DNA of 63,859 bases, the filler included, from Lama guanicoe (Eukaryota), in the NCBI GenBank assembly GCA_013239625.1. It is 207 parts of 207 records of this genome, joined end to end, with 100 filler letters (N's around TTAATTAATTAA, not from the genome) between each part and the next. Parts side by side here need not be neighbours in the genome. Positions count along the whole stretch, not along the records: positions 13,596 to 13,804 come from PNXV01035244.1; positions 13,905 to 14,113 come from PNXV01035245.1; positions 14,214 to 14,422 come from PNXV01035246.1; positions 14,523 to 14,731 come from PNXV01035247.1; positions 14,832 to 15,040 come from PNXV01035248.1; positions 15,141 to 15,349 come from PNXV01035249.1; positions 15,450 to 15,658 come from PNXV01035250.1; positions 15,759 to 15,967 come from PNXV01035251.1; 199 more parts are not named here. The stretch is one strand, 5' to 3'. Shown here piece after piece: positions 13,496 through 26,471 of the stretch; position 1 is the first letter of the stretch, and each line of letters starts with the position of its first letter. Both the position numbers and the translations under genes were made by a program. The notes beneath the pieces are model-generated. The model had not been told where the DNA came from and made no database searches. It saw only the letters and a program-made list of their open reading frames with translations.

Positions 13496-14270
13496 NNNNN
13501 NNNNNNNNNNNNNNNNNNNNNNNNNNNNNNNNNNNNNNNTTAATTAATTAANNNNNNNNNNNNNNNNNNNNNNNNNNNNNNNNNNNNNNNNNNNNATATA
13601 TTTCATTATAAATATGTCAAATAAGTATGTAGTTATAAATTTAACTTCCTATCATTCATCTCTTCATGAAGAGTATTCTAGTTGTGATTCGGTTACCAGC
13701 AGTGTTTTGTAATTATCAGGTATAGCGTATTGAACTGGGGAGTCTGGGTAATGATTATGTTTTCTATGTATTGGGCCACCATGAAAATAGGTATATTTTC
13801 TATGNNNNNNNNNNNNNNNNNNNNNNNNNNNNNNNNNNNNNNNNNNNNTTAATTAATTAANNNNNNNNNNNNNNNNNNNNNNNNNNNNNNNNNNNNNNNN
13901 NNNNCAGGGACAGAGGTGGGGGGGGCCAGAAAGTGGTCACAGACGGACGGAGATGGGGTGCCAACTGTCAGAAGGGCTGGAGCGCGTTTAATTCACGCTT
14001 AGTTCCAGGCCGTCGTGTGGGACCCGTTTGTTCTTACCTCCGGGCTGTTACTTGTGCTCTGGGTGTAACGTGATCTTGAAGGTTGGAACACTGTCTAAAC
14101 CTCTCTTTCTGGANNNNNNNNNNNNNNNNNNNNNNNNNNNNNNNNNNNNNNNNNNNNTTAATTAATTAANNNNNNNNNNNNNNNNNNNNNNNNNNNNNNN
14201 NNNNNNNNNNNNNGGGGGCAGCCTCCAAGAGGAGAAGCAAAGGGACGACTCAGAAGCTGCTGCAAGTCCA

Positions 14271-14422
14271 ATAGAAACAGAAGCACAAATAAGCAAGTGG
14301 GACCGAATTAAACTTAGAAGCTTTTGCAAAGGAAACCATAAGCAAAACAAAAAGACAACCTACGGAAGGGGAGAAATATTTGCAAAAGATGAAACTGACA
14401 AGACCTTAATTTCCAAACTATA
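14271..14422 (+). mobile_element. LINE-1 ORF2 fragment with apparent 5' truncation junction
   Basis: Translates IETEAQISKWDRIKLRSFC (cf. KAKINKWDLIKLKSFC). Sequence left of about 14270 is non-L1. Confidence 0.88.
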
Positions 14423-16454
14423 NNNNNNNNNNNNNNNNNNNNNNNNNNNNNNNNNNNNNNNNNNNNTTAATTAATTAANNNNNNNNNNNNNNNNNNNNNN
14501 NNNNNNNNNNNNNNNNNNNNNNACTGTCTCAAACTACGTTCCATATGGAATACAGGTTTGCTGTAAACCAGTAAGGTGTTGCCCACTAAAGTAATTTTTG
14601 CTCAAAATTGCAAAAAGACAAGTTAATCTGAAGAATTTTCACACTTTTCAAGTTTTTATCCCATGTATTTTTTCTATTCCTGTGACACCTGCCTAGAGTC
14701 AAAGCAAACGAAAGCAGTGAGCTCATTAAAANNNNNNNNNNNNNNNNNNNNNNNNNNNNNNNNNNNNNNNNNNNNTTAATTAATTAANNNNNNNNNNNNN
14801 NNNNNNNNNNNNNNNNNNNNNNNNNNNNNNNATTATCAGACACCCAATCCTACCACACACGACTGTACATTTGCAGATACGGTCAGACTTCAATTTGAGT
14901 TGACCTTTAGACCAACTTCTGTTTTCCTTCATCCTCATTAATTGGTTAACTTGAAACACTTATCTCTCCTGAATGAAACGAGCAGAAAAATTGGCCATGT
15001 AACTAAACCAACTGTTTAACAGACCACCAGTGTTTTGCTTNNNNNNNNNNNNNNNNNNNNNNNNNNNNNNNNNNNNNNNNNNNNTTAATTAATTAANNNN
15101 NNNNNNNNNNNNNNNNNNNNNNNNNNNNNNNNNNNNNNNNTCTTAACCAATGTAATTACCTTTCTCTGAAACCTATCCAACTTGTTTATATTATGGAAGT
15201 CTATGAATTTTGAACTATATACTGATCTATAACTATGTTTCTGCACTGTCTTATAAAAGGATCAAAACAGTTTTGATTTTCTTTTCTAGCTTATTTCCCG
15301 TCATACACATTTTTTTCAAGTTTGTTTCAATTGTTAGTTTGTTTTCAGTNNNNNNNNNNNNNNNNNNNNNNNNNNNNNNNNNNNNNNNNNNNNTTAATTA
15401 ATTAANNNNNNNNNNNNNNNNNNNNNNNNNNNNNNNNNNNNNNNNNNNNTGCTGAATCACACATCCACGGCTGGGATACTTTATGAAGATTTTCTACAAT
15501 CTAACTCTAAAGCAGCACCAGGAAAAGAACACCTTCATTCTGCTTGACACGAAATGATGCTGCTGTGCGTGGAGTCCGCACAGATGCTGCTAAGCAATGC
15601 GGGCGCCTTAGGCCAGCGTGTCCGCCTGCCCTCGGCATCCCTGCAGAGGTGCTGCTTCNNNNNNNNNNNNNNNNNNNNNNNNNNNNNNNNNNNNNNNNNN
15701 NNTTAATTAATTAANNNNNNNNNNNNNNNNNNNNNNNNNNNNNNNNNNNNNNNNNNNNGGAATGAGTGTATGTTTAATCCTGGAACTTTATTCACCACCG
15801 AATCCTCCCATCAACATCAGTGCCTGGACCCGTGCTAGATGCCGTGGCCCCTCTCACACCTCCCAACACAACAAACACTTCTTTTGCCCTGAAAGAAAAT
15901 TTGAATAGAGATACCACGTTCACTTCTGAGCAGACTCGTGAAAATATGGCCATTTTCTCCAAATATANNNNNNNNNNNNNNNNNNNNNNNNNNNNNNNNN
16001 NNNNNNNNNNNTTAATTAATTAANNNNNNNNNNNNNNNNNNNNNNNNNNNNNNNNNNNNNNNNNNNNAAATCATCTGCTGGGATGTCAGCCCCGTGGAGA
16101 GACAAGTTGGGAAGCTGCCTGTTGAGGTGTTGCTGAAACTCATTGGAAAGCCACTTTCTCAGTGTCACACGTTCAACTGGCTGCCTCATGCTGCCAGAAC
16201 CAGGATTTTTCAAAAGTTAAAAGCACGCCATTACCAGGAGGAGAAGCTCCTACCTCCTGCAGTGACCCATGCAGTGNNNNNNNNNNNNNNNNNNNNNNNN
16301 NNNNNNNNNNNNNNNNNNNNTTAATTAATTAANNNNNNNNNNNNNNNNNNNNNNNNNNNNNNNNNNNNNNNNNNNNAGGATCACCAAATTAAAATGCAGA
16401 ATAAACACTAAAATCAAAAGAAATATCAGAGTAAAAACAGAGTAAGCAGAGGAT

Positions 16455-16585
16455 ACACAATAACACGATTGAAATGAATCCAAGTGTATCACTAATCAGA
16501 ACAAATTCAAATGGACTAAATTCCATGTTAAAAGTTAGTGTTGCAGGCTAGAATTTTTAATATCTAGATAAATGTAGTTTACATT
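16455..16585 (+). mobile_element. Old LINE-1 ORF2 start region
   Basis: gtatcactaatcagaacaaattcaaatggactaaattccatgttaaaag resembles the ISIITLNVNGLN start of the endonuclease domain. Confidence 0.55.
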
Positions 16586-16784
16586 NNNNNNNNNNNNNNN
16601 NNNNNNNNNNNNNNNNNNNNNNNNNNNNNTTAATTAATTAANNNNNNNNNNNNNNNNNNNNNNNNNNNNNNNNNNNNNNNNNNNNCTTTCACTACAACAA
16701 AAGAAACTTTATTTAAAAAAATTTTTACAGACATCGGCATCTGGAAAAGCTCTTTAGTTAACTGTGTATAGAAATGAAAACAAC

Positions 16785-16854
16785 TGAATATGGAAATGAA
16801 TATATGTATATCCATAGACTGGAAACTGACTATACCTCAATTTAAAAAAAAAAA
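16785..16854 (+). mobile_element. Short LINE-1 3' terminus with poly(A)
   Basis: gaatatggaaatgaatatatgtatat...aactgactatacctcaat followed by an A-tract. It is the reverse complement of the L1 ends at about 2855 and 7915. Confidence 0.7.
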
Positions 16855-19157
16855 GAATATGTGCCCAAAAATGTAAAAAGAAAAGAAATGAGAANNNNNN
16901 NNNNNNNNNNNNNNNNNNNNNNNNNNNNNNNNNNNNNNTTAATTAATTAANNNNNNNNNNNNNNNNNNNNNNNNNNNNNNNNNNNNNNNNNNNNAAATAA
17001 ACATCAAAGACTTCTATGATGTTTTTTGAAAAAGGCTTTGAGAGGCCAGTAAACACTCAACTGAGAGCTATCATGTAATACAAGCTCAAAAATGTTTACT
17101 GAAAAAAAATGAATGTGTAGAGTGCATGTATTTTAACTTAAAGAAGAGAACTTTAAGAGGGCAAGGAAACTAAACAAAAGTTGTTAATTTTCTTTCTTTT
17201 TTTNNNNNNNNNNNNNNNNNNNNNNNNNNNNNNNNNNNNNNNNNNNNTTAATTAATTAANNNNNNNNNNNNNNNNNNNNNNNNNNNNNNNNNNNNNNNNN
17301 NNNCTTTTCTGATCCACCTCGCCAGCTATGCTTTCCCAGGTTGTGGAACTCATGGGGTGGGGAGCCTTGGCAGGTTGAGGGGGCTGGGGGCCCCCAGATG
17401 CTCCCTCTGCTTGGAGCTGGGGTCCTGGGGAAAACTTCTTCCTCAGAGCCATCAGCTCCTTCCGCAGGGCTATGAGAGCTAAGGACCACCTCCCATTCAA
17501 AAGAAGCCTCCANNNNNNNNNNNNNNNNNNNNNNNNNNNNNNNNNNNNNNNNNNNNTTAATTAATTAANNNNNNNNNNNNNNNNNNNNNNNNNNNNNNNN
17601 NNNNNNNNNNNNACTGATCTTTCATCCTCTATAAAAAGAATATTTTCATCTAGACACGTGTGCTCATTTTCACAAGTTTTCTCTAACACCACTTTCGAAT
17701 TTCTGCATTTTTCACAGAAAAATACTTCTGGAGCGATTCTCACCTAACACATATGCAATTTACATGAATTCCATCAACGTGGCATTCCAGGTTCCCTACA
17801 TGCTACCTGCATGACGGATTCNNNNNNNNNNNNNNNNNNNNNNNNNNNNNNNNNNNNNNNNNNNNTTAATTAATTAANNNNNNNNNNNNNNNNNNNNNNN
17901 NNNNNNNNNNNNNNNNNNNNNCTTTATCCTCTTAGGAATCATCAAACTAGTCCCATTCCTAGCATTATGAGAGCAAATATAAATTCTACTATATAAAAAT
18001 GGTAACAGAAAGTAGAAGGATTCATATTACTGAAATTCAAGTTACTAAAAGATGACAAGTAATATGTTTTCACAAGATTTTTTTTCTCTAGGTATCTGAT
18101 GGCAAATAATCTGAACTAATTACATCAAATNNNNNNNNNNNNNNNNNNNNNNNNNNNNNNNNNNNNNNNNNNNNTTAATTAATTAANNNNNNNNNNNNNN
18201 NNNNNNNNNNNNNNNNNNNNNNNNNNNNNNACTTTGTGTTGCCTTCAAGATAGGTGAAGGACGACTTTCACACACACATTTATCTCTCAGAAACGAGCAT
18301 GTGGAGAGACGTTGGTTCATGCAGCACAAAGGGAACGGGATGCAGGGAAACACTGAATCTGGTTTTTCAGCCTGCTTCCTTGTGCCGGTCTGAAGTGCCT
18401 GCTGTTTTCACTGTAAAATCGAGTTGGAGCTTGTACCTCNNNNNNNNNNNNNNNNNNNNNNNNNNNNNNNNNNNNNNNNNNNNTTAATTAATTAANNNNN
18501 NNNNNNNNNNNNNNNNNNNNNNNNNNNNNNNNNNNNNNNCTTAACATTATCATTCTAAGAGGCCCCTCACACTTTTTCTTTCTGATAAAGAGCAACTTCC
18601 CTTTAATTAATGCTAAGAATAAGAAGGAGTTAGAATTGATTCATGATTAATCATATTTTCTAAAGACATTTATTTTTATTAAAAGGTAAAAAAAAAAGTG
18701 AACCTGGGTAATTTCCACTTCATTTGATATGCACTCTCATCATGTTAGNNNNNNNNNNNNNNNNNNNNNNNNNNNNNNNNNNNNNNNNNNNNTTAATTAA
18801 TTAANNNNNNNNNNNNNNNNNNNNNNNNNNNNNNNNNNNNNNNNNNNNACTGCACAGAAATTGCTTAAATGAAAATCAGGAAATAGAAGGATACATTATA
18901 TCAGAGAATAGCAGGAAGATTTATTTATATATATATATATTAATAAATGTTAGTACTTATCTTTATTCTAGGTGGAAGGAAATGCTTAAAACACCAGTGA
19001 TACTAGCCTGAATCCTATCACAGTAGAGTGAATGAGATGCGTACTAAGTACCCAGCTNNNNNNNNNNNNNNNNNNNNNNNNNNNNNNNNNNNNNNNNNNN
19101 NTTAATTAATTAANNNNNNNNNNNNNNNNNNNNNNNNNNNNNNNNNNNNNNNNNNNN

Positions 19158-19366
19158 GTGGGGTGTTAAAGTCCCCCACTCTGATTGTGTTACAGTCAAT
19201 TTCTCTATTTGTTCTCTGTATCTATGACTGTTTTTCTTCTCATTTGCCTTGATTTTAATATTTCACATAAAAGTGAAGTCATGCAGTATTTGTCTTTTTC
19301 TATCTGACTTATTTCAGTTAGCATAATGCCCTCTAGACACATCCATGTTGTCACAAATGACAAGAT
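19158..19366 (-). mobile_element. Two joined LINE-1 pieces: ORF2 end/3'UTR then endonuclease domain
   Basis: The minus strand gives ILSFVTTWMCLEGIMLTEISQIEKDKYCM, then 3'UTR, then EIDCNTIRVGDFNTP. Confidence 0.85.
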
Positions 19367-20700
19367 NNNNNNNNNNNNNNNNNNNNNNNNNNNNNNNNNN
19401 NNNNNNNNNNTTAATTAATTAANNNNNNNNNNNNNNNNNNNNNNNNNNNNNNNNNNNNNNNNNNNNACGCACTGACAATGGTTCCGGAATCCTGAGCATG
19501 GGGAGGATCCACCAATGGTCGGCAGCGCGTGGGTTCTAATGGAAAGACGAAGCTCATCTCCCCTGAATGTTTTCCTTATATCTCTGATCCAGGGAATGCT
19601 AGGGGTGTTTGCAGGATATCCCATTGGCAGAGGCTGCCTCCCCAAGGTCAGGGAAGGTATTTCTCGGACTTCCNNNNNNNNNNNNNNNNNNNNNNNNNNN
19701 NNNNNNNNNNNNNNNNNTTAATTAATTAANNNNNNNNNNNNNNNNNNNNNNNNNNNNNNNNNNNNNNNNNNNNACCAAGTATATCTGCCGTACCTCCCAT
19801 AACCCCTTCTATTTTTCCATGTAATCTGAAAGTTTACAGTTTAATCAACCATGCATGGATGACAAATATTTCACTTTTGGCTTGCTTTTGACAGTTGAAG
19901 ATTTCATCATTATAGTTTTTCTTTTCTGCTAACATTGCTACATGTTCTTCCATAGTATTACTTTTTCCAAACCATCAAGGTANNNNNNNNNNNNNNNNNN
20001 NNNNNNNNNNNNNNNNNNNNNNNNNNTTAATTAATTAANNNNNNNNNNNNNNNNNNNNNNNNNNNNNNNNNNNNNNNNNNNNTAGCAACCTGAATTCATG
20101 GCATATTATAAGTACTATAAACTATAGTCAATTTGGATTTAGTCCTGATTCATAAACATTATTTAACATATGTAAATTACTATATGTGACATCATCACTT
20201 AAAAAACAAAGATTTGAAAAATAACACTCTTAAAAATGCAGGAAATTATTGACAGATGTGATCTTAACTTTTTTATAAAAAATTCTTTACANNNNNNNNN
20301 NNNNNNNNNNNNNNNNNNNNNNNNNNNNNNNNNNNTTAATTAATTAANNNNNNNNNNNNNNNNNNNNNNNNNNNNNNNNNNNNNNNNNNNNCTGGCTTTA
20401 TAATGGATAATAGGATTTATCAATGGACTGGAGGAGGTGACGTATGTTAAAGCACTTAATATAAAAAGGACTTCTCACAGAAGCCCAAATCTGATTTGGC
20501 CAATGAACTCGACTGCTGGCCTGATTGCATTCCAGGAGGCGCACCAGCCGACATTTATCCACATTACCCTGAGAAAGCCAGGTCACGGCAGGCGGCCAAG
20601 NNNNNNNNNNNNNNNNNNNNNNNNNNNNNNNNNNNNNNNNNNNNTTAATTAATTAANNNNNNNNNNNNNNNNNNNNNNNNNNNNNNNNNNNNNNNNNNNN

Positions 20701-20895
20701 CATAAGTTTGTTCTCTATGTCGGTGAGTCTGTCTCTGTGTGTAGGTAAGATCATTTGTGTCCTTTTTTCAGATTCCACATATAAGCAATATTATGGCATT
20801 TTTATTTCTCTTTCTGATTTTCTTACTTAGAATGATGATCTCCGGTTCCATTCATGTCTCGCTGCAATGGCATTATTTTATTATTTTTATTCTTT
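20701..20895 (-). mobile_element. LINE-1 ORF2 end / 3'UTR
   Basis: cataagtttgttctctatgtc...cagattccacatataagc...ttacttagaatgatgatctcc is typical antisense L1. Confidence 0.88.
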
Positions 20896-21009
20896 TATTC
20901 TTTTTCATGNNNNNNNNNNNNNNNNNNNNNNNNNNNNNNNNNNNNNNNNNNNNTTAATTAATTAANNNNNNNNNNNNNNNNNNNNNNNNNNNNNNNNNNN
21001 NNNNNNNNN

Positions 21010-21218
21010 TGGGCGCGCCCGCCTCGCCGCCCCGAGCCCCGGGGACCCTCCCCGCCGCCTCCGCGGCCTCCCCCAACTCCTTTCCCGTCCCCGGGGTCCC
21101 GGCTCCTGGCCGACGGCCGCGGGCTGCCCCTCCTCGAGCCGGGCGTTCTGGGTGTCCCCCCACCTCCGGCCTTCCACCGCGACCCCGGCCCGCCCTCCCC
21201 CGCCGGCCCGGCGCCCCC
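21010..21218. promoter_or_regulatory. CpG-island fragment
   Basis: Extremely GC-rich with dense CpG. The gene is not identifiable. Confidence 0.7.
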
Positions 21219-21318
21219 NNNNNNNNNNNNNNNNNNNNNNNNNNNNNNNNNNNNNNNNNNNNTTAATTAATTAANNNNNNNNNNNNNNNNNNNNNNNNNN
21301 NNNNNNNNNNNNNNNNNN

Positions 21319-21527
21319 GTTTATAATTATTATTTTTTCTTATAGATTGACCCTTTTATCATTATAAAATGTCCAGTTTATCTCCAGTATCATTTCTTTG
21401 GCTTTAAAGTTTACCCTACCTGAGAGCGGTAGCTCTCTTATGATTGCTATTTGCATGGCATATCTATTTCCATTCTCTTATTTTCAACCTATTTGTGTCT
21501 TTGAATCTAAAGTTTATGTCATGTGGA
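21319..21527 (-). mobile_element. LINE-1 ORF2 endonuclease-region fragment (old)
   Basis: attgacccttttatcattataaaatgtcc (antisense GHFIMIKGSI) and atttgcatggcatatct are L1 EN motifs. Confidence 0.85.
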
Positions 21528-21627
21528 NNNNNNNNNNNNNNNNNNNNNNNNNNNNNNNNNNNNNNNNNNNNTTAATTAATTAANNNNNNNNNNNNNNNNN
21601 NNNNNNNNNNNNNNNNNNNNNNNNNNN

Positions 21628-21814
21628 TCCCCTTTTCCCTTTAAAATCTTTAACAATCAAGCAGAATCTTCAGAGCCGGTTTTCAGACACGAGTCTGCCT
21701 TCTCCCCAGGTTGCCAGACTCCTAAGTAAAGCAATCTTTCCTTTCCTCCCAACCCTTGCCTCTCACGAGTTTTGGCTTTTGAGCGGTGAGCAGCCAAACC
21801 TGAGTTTGGTAACA
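21628..21814 (+). mobile_element. ERV1-type LTR, 3' part
   Basis: TATA-like ctttaaaa, poly(A)-signal-like agtaaa, and the terminal gagcggtgagcagccaaacctgagtttggtaaca ending in CA. Confidence 0.7.
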
Positions 21815-22554
21815 ACCTTAGCCAATCTGTTCTGCTNNNNNNNNNNNNNNNNNNNNNNNNNNNNNNNNNNNNNNNNNNNNTTAATTAATTAANNNNNNNN
21901 NNNNNNNNNNNNNNNNNNNNNNNNNNNNNNNNNNNNGGGCAGGATAAGAGGAGGTGGGGAAAGTGATCCAGAGAGGGAGAGGGAGGGAGGGAGGGATGGA
22001 CAGGAGGAGAGGACAGGAAAATGCATTTTCACAGCTCCAGGAATCTGTCTTGTGTTAATTGGTTCTCGTAAACCCAAGCCATCAACCCTTCCGCAGAAAA
22101 CACAAGTCTGGAGAATAAACCAGAAATGATGGTCTGAATTGTTTANNNNNNNNNNNNNNNNNNNNNNNNNNNNNNNNNNNNNNNNNNNNTTAATTAATTA
22201 ANNNNNNNNNNNNNNNNNNNNNNNNNNNNNNNNNNNNNNNNNNNNTATCGATGGATTTTAAGCCAGGGGCTGGATGGGATCCCCCATGATGTAACTCAGC
22301 CAGAATGATCTGCCTTGAAAACACATCACCGAGACAGTGGTGGGCAGGATGAAGACGCAGAAGCCGGGTAGCAAATCTCAATGCTGGGTTAACTCAAGAC
22401 CCCCATAGGAAACTCGAGTTCGGTCCAGTATCATACCCAGGACTCTTCTCTTGANNNNNNNNNNNNNNNNNNNNNNNNNNNNNNNNNNNNNNNNNNNNTT
22501 AATTAATTAANNNNNNNNNNNNNNNNNNNNNNNNNNNNNNNNNNNNNNNNNNNN

Positions 22555-22763
22555 CATTGTATGTTCTTGCCTCCTTTGTCAAAGATTAATTGACCAAAAG
22601 TTTCTAGGTTCACTTCTGAGCTCTCTATTCTGCTCAAATGGTCCATATGTCTGTTTTTGTACCAATACCATGCTGGTTTGATTACTGTAGCTCTGTAATA
22701 TGGTCTGAAGTCTGGGAGAGTTATTCCTCCAACTTCATTCTTTTTCTTCAGAATTGCTTTGGC
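22555..22763 (-). mobile_element. LINE-1 ORF2 fragment, open frame
   Basis: Translates without stops: [69 protein letters not shown]. Confidence 0.95.
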
Positions 22764-24408
22764 NNNNNNNNNNNNNNNNNNNNNNNNNNNNNNNNNNNNN
22801 NNNNNNNTTAATTAATTAANNNNNNNNNNNNNNNNNNNNNNNNNNNNNNNNNNNNNNNNNNNNAATTCTACAACTGTGGTTAAAAAAGAAAAAAACAGCC
22901 GTGATATTCTCTCCAGGATCTGTTTTCGATTCTTTCAAAGAAAGATGTGAAAAACGAGTTTGGCCTGAGGTTGGAGGCAGACATCGTGACTGACTTGTGT
23001 TCGCCTCAGTCAACTGTTTTCTCGAGGGCTTGGGAGCAGGCTGGTGCGGCAGGAACTGAGTGGACGTGGATGNNNNNNNNNNNNNNNNNNNNNNNNNNNN
23101 NNNNNNNNNNNNNNNNTTAATTAATTAANNNNNNNNNNNNNNNNNNNNNNNNNNNNNNNNNNNNNNNNNNNNGAATCCAGGGAGTCCTCCAGAAGCTAAT
23201 GGATCCCACAGACACACCTCACTTATCCTCTCTGCCCATCAGATGAGGAGTCTCAGGGGAAGGGATCCCCGGCTTCCTAATGAACTGGGAATGGAGATCC
23301 CAGCTGAACTGTCTTTATCCGCAGTTCTAGTACCATTGATTTCATGTGCACTGAGCTCAGGGGACACTGGGGTCTCCCGACNNNNNNNNNNNNNNNNNNN
23401 NNNNNNNNNNNNNNNNNNNNNNNNNTTAATTAATTAANNNNNNNNNNNNNNNNNNNNNNNNNNNNNNNNNNNNNNNNNNNNGAAAAGTAATGAGGAAAAG
23501 CAACCCTTCTGAAACGTAGGGTGAAGACGGGCGTGCGTCTCCCGAACAGCAAAACTCTGGAGCAGCGGGGGTGAGACACATTATCGCTGCGTTAACGAAA
23601 TTGGGACTTTATCAATGAGCCTTCTGCCCATGTGGGAGAGTGAGTTTGAGCCTCTTCATTTTCCAGGAGACGGGACAGTCCAGAGGCTGCNNNNNNNNNN
23701 NNNNNNNNNNNNNNNNNNNNNNNNNNNNNNNNNNTTAATTAATTAANNNNNNNNNNNNNNNNNNNNNNNNNNNNNNNNNNNNNNNNNNNNACTTGCAATT
23801 CCCTGGTCGCTCCCTTCCTCTTGTGGAACCACGTGTTGTCACAACATCTACGGCTGAGTTCAGATCCAGGCACATTGGTGCCACTGGACGGTATGTGCTC
23901 CAGGACTTGCTGTGGGGGATGCTCGCCCCAGAGGGCTTCTTGTTAGTTTCCCAAAACGGATGCTTCTGTGGCTCCCTCCACAGCTTCCTGCCAGCCTAGN
24001 NNNNNNNNNNNNNNNNNNNNNNNNNNNNNNNNNNNNNNNNNNNTTAATTAATTAANNNNNNNNNNNNNNNNNNNNNNNNNNNNNNNNNNNNNNNNNNNNT
24101 TCACACAACTGAATCTTAATTTCAAAATACTCATTTTAGGTCTGAGCACTTCATTTATCTGCTTCATGATACTAAAATGTGGTGACACAAAGATTAAAAT
24201 GATTTGGGCAGTATAAATTAGTAAGACCTGACTGTATCTGTCAACAGCTTAGAGCTTAGTCTCTTAGAATTTCAGGTGACACGGCATCTTTACACAAAGT
24301 AAAGCACCNNNNNNNNNNNNNNNNNNNNNNNNNNNNNNNNNNNNNNNNNNNNTTAATTAATTAANNNNNNNNNNNNNNNNNNNNNNNNNNNNNNNNNNNN
24401 NNNNNNNN

Positions 24409-24617
24409 AGGAGGCAAGAATATACAATGGAATAAAGACAGTGTCTTCAGCAAATGGGGTTGGGAATACTGGACAGCAGCATGTAAATCAATGAAGGTAG
24501 AACACTCCCTTACACACACACAAAAATAAATCCAAAATGGATCAAAGACTTAAACATAAGACAAGACTCTATAAACCTCTTAGAAGAAAACATAAGCAAA
24601 ACATTATCTCACATAAA
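24409..24617 (+). mobile_element. LINE-1 ORF2 fragment
   Basis: [35 protein letters not shown], then after a frameshift [15 protein letters not shown]. Confidence 0.93.
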
Positions 24618-25644
24618 NNNNNNNNNNNNNNNNNNNNNNNNNNNNNNNNNNNNNNNNNNNNTTAATTAATTAANNNNNNNNNNNNNNNNNNNNNNNNNNN
24701 NNNNNNNNNNNNNNNNNAAACTTTCAGGACAATGTTTTCAACCCAAAATATTCCAAAGAAGCATTTACTGTTGGTCTAAATAAACTTACTCAACCAGGAG
24801 AGGAAAGACTGATTCAATAAAACGAGTGGCGGCTTTCGGACCCCTTTCGAGCCGCGAGAAACTCGTCCTGACCGCGCGCCCCACCTCTGGAGTCCGCATC
24901 CCAAGGCGCCGGGTCCGGCTTCTGCGNNNNNNNNNNNNNNNNNNNNNNNNNNNNNNNNNNNNNNNNNNNNTTAATTAATTAANNNNNNNNNNNNNNNNNN
25001 NNNNNNNNNNNNNNNNNNNNNNNNNNAAAAGGAACAACCGACAACAAAATAGATAACTATTAGAAAATTTAAAAGATAAAAAAAATTTGAAAAGAATTCA
25101 ATAAGAGGTTTTAAATATTGGAAAGATGGAACTCAAGGAAGCACATGGGTAATATTTAACAGAGATAAATCTTCAACTACAAGAAAAGAAATTCAGGAGA
25201 CACTATCTGAATCTTATGAACAAAGAAACGTCAGANNNNNNNNNNNNNNNNNNNNNNNNNNNNNNNNNNNNNNNNNNNNTTAATTAATTAANNNNNNNNN
25301 NNNNNNNNNNNNNNNNNNNNNNNNNNNNNNNNNNNGCAGATGGATAAATTTTTCCTCTCTCACAGCATAAGCTCTTCCACAAGAATTAAAACTCTCTCCA
25401 CATGTAATAGTTACAGAGGAGGCAGGGGCAGGGGAAGATATCAGAGGCCAAAAAAAGGACGATCTGGATCCAGGAGGAGACCCCGAGCTCCCTCATGCCG
25501 CTCCTGCAGCTCCTCCTGAACCTGCTTCTGCACCTGGACTGCTGNNNNNNNNNNNNNNNNNNNNNNNNNNNNNNNNNNNNNNNNNNNNTTAATTAATTAA
25601 NNNNNNNNNNNNNNNNNNNNNNNNNNNNNNNNNNNNNNNNNNNN

Positions 25645-25853
25645 AAAAAAATTTGGTGGATTTCAGTATATTAATAGTATTTTGAAACCATTACCATTAT
25701 CTAATTTTAGAACATTTTTATCATCCCCAAAACAAAACCAGTATTAGTCACTTCCATGCCCCACTACTTCCAGTTACCAGCAAGCAAAAATCTATATTCT
25801 GTCTCTGTGGAATTGTCAATTCTGGACTTTTCATACAGTGGAAAATTAGGATA
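25645..25853 (-). mobile_element. LINE-1 3'UTR (L1MB-like)
   Basis: aaccattaccattatctaattttagaacatttttatcatccccaaaa...tctgtctctgtggaattgtcaattctggacttttcata. Confidence 0.8.
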
Positions 25854-26053
25854 NNNNNNNNNNNNNNNNNNNNNNNNNNNNNNNNNNNNNNNNNNNNTTA
25901 ATTAATTAANNNNNNNNNNNNNNNNNNNNNNNNNNNNNNNNNNNNNNNNNNNNCAGAGAAAAGGACAAGAAAGGAAGGTGATCCTGGAGAGAGGTCCTAA
26001 TGTCAGAGGAAGGGACAAGAAAGAAAGCCACTGCTGGAGAGACGTCCAGACAT

Positions 26054-26162
26054 TGTTTCTGAAGGCAGGTTCATGTGCCCGCTGCACCCTGAGGCCAAGC
26101 AAGCTGAAACCTGAGTTTGGAGCAGAGAAAGGTTGATTGCAAGGACGGGGTGGCTCATGTTT
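26054..26162 (-). mobile_element. ERV LTR end
   Basis: Starts with TG (tgtttctgaag). gagtttggagcagagaaaggttgattgcaagg resembles 46038-46070. Confidence 0.55.
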
Positions 26163-26262
26163 NNNNNNNNNNNNNNNNNNNNNNNNNNNNNNNNNNNNNN
26201 NNNNNNTTAATTAATTAANNNNNNNNNNNNNNNNNNNNNNNNNNNNNNNNNNNNNNNNNNNN

Positions 26263-26471
26263 GTGTATTACATTGATTGATTTGTGTATGTTGAGCCATC
26301 CTTGTGCTCCTAGGTTGAACCCAACTTAAATGGATAAAGCACATTTACAAAAAACCTACAATTAAAACCATTTCTTATGATCAAAGACTGAAAGCTTTCT
26401 CCCTAAGACTGGGAGCAAGGCAAGGATGTTTACTCTCATAATGCTTATTCTTTATAGTACTGGAAATTATC
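26263..26471. mobile_element. LINE-1 reverse-transcriptase region with inversion junction at about 26327
   Basis: The left part on minus reads VGFNLGAQGWLNIHKSINVIH. The right part on plus reads IKHIYKKPT...RLKAFSLRLGARQGCLLS. Confidence 0.88.

Noticed and set aside
20954..21177. GC-rich ORFs in the CpG-island fragment
   Set aside because: Low-complexity Gly/Ala/Arg translations are expected from stop-poor GC-rich DNA.
22555..24617. One intact L1 assembled from adjacent ORF2 fragments
   Set aside because: They are separate contigs on opposite strands with a mismatch in their short overlap, so probably different genomic copies.
24718..24926. ERV leader or promoter edge (CpG-rich right half)
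   Set aside because: No PBS, LTR end or gene is identifiable in 209 bp.
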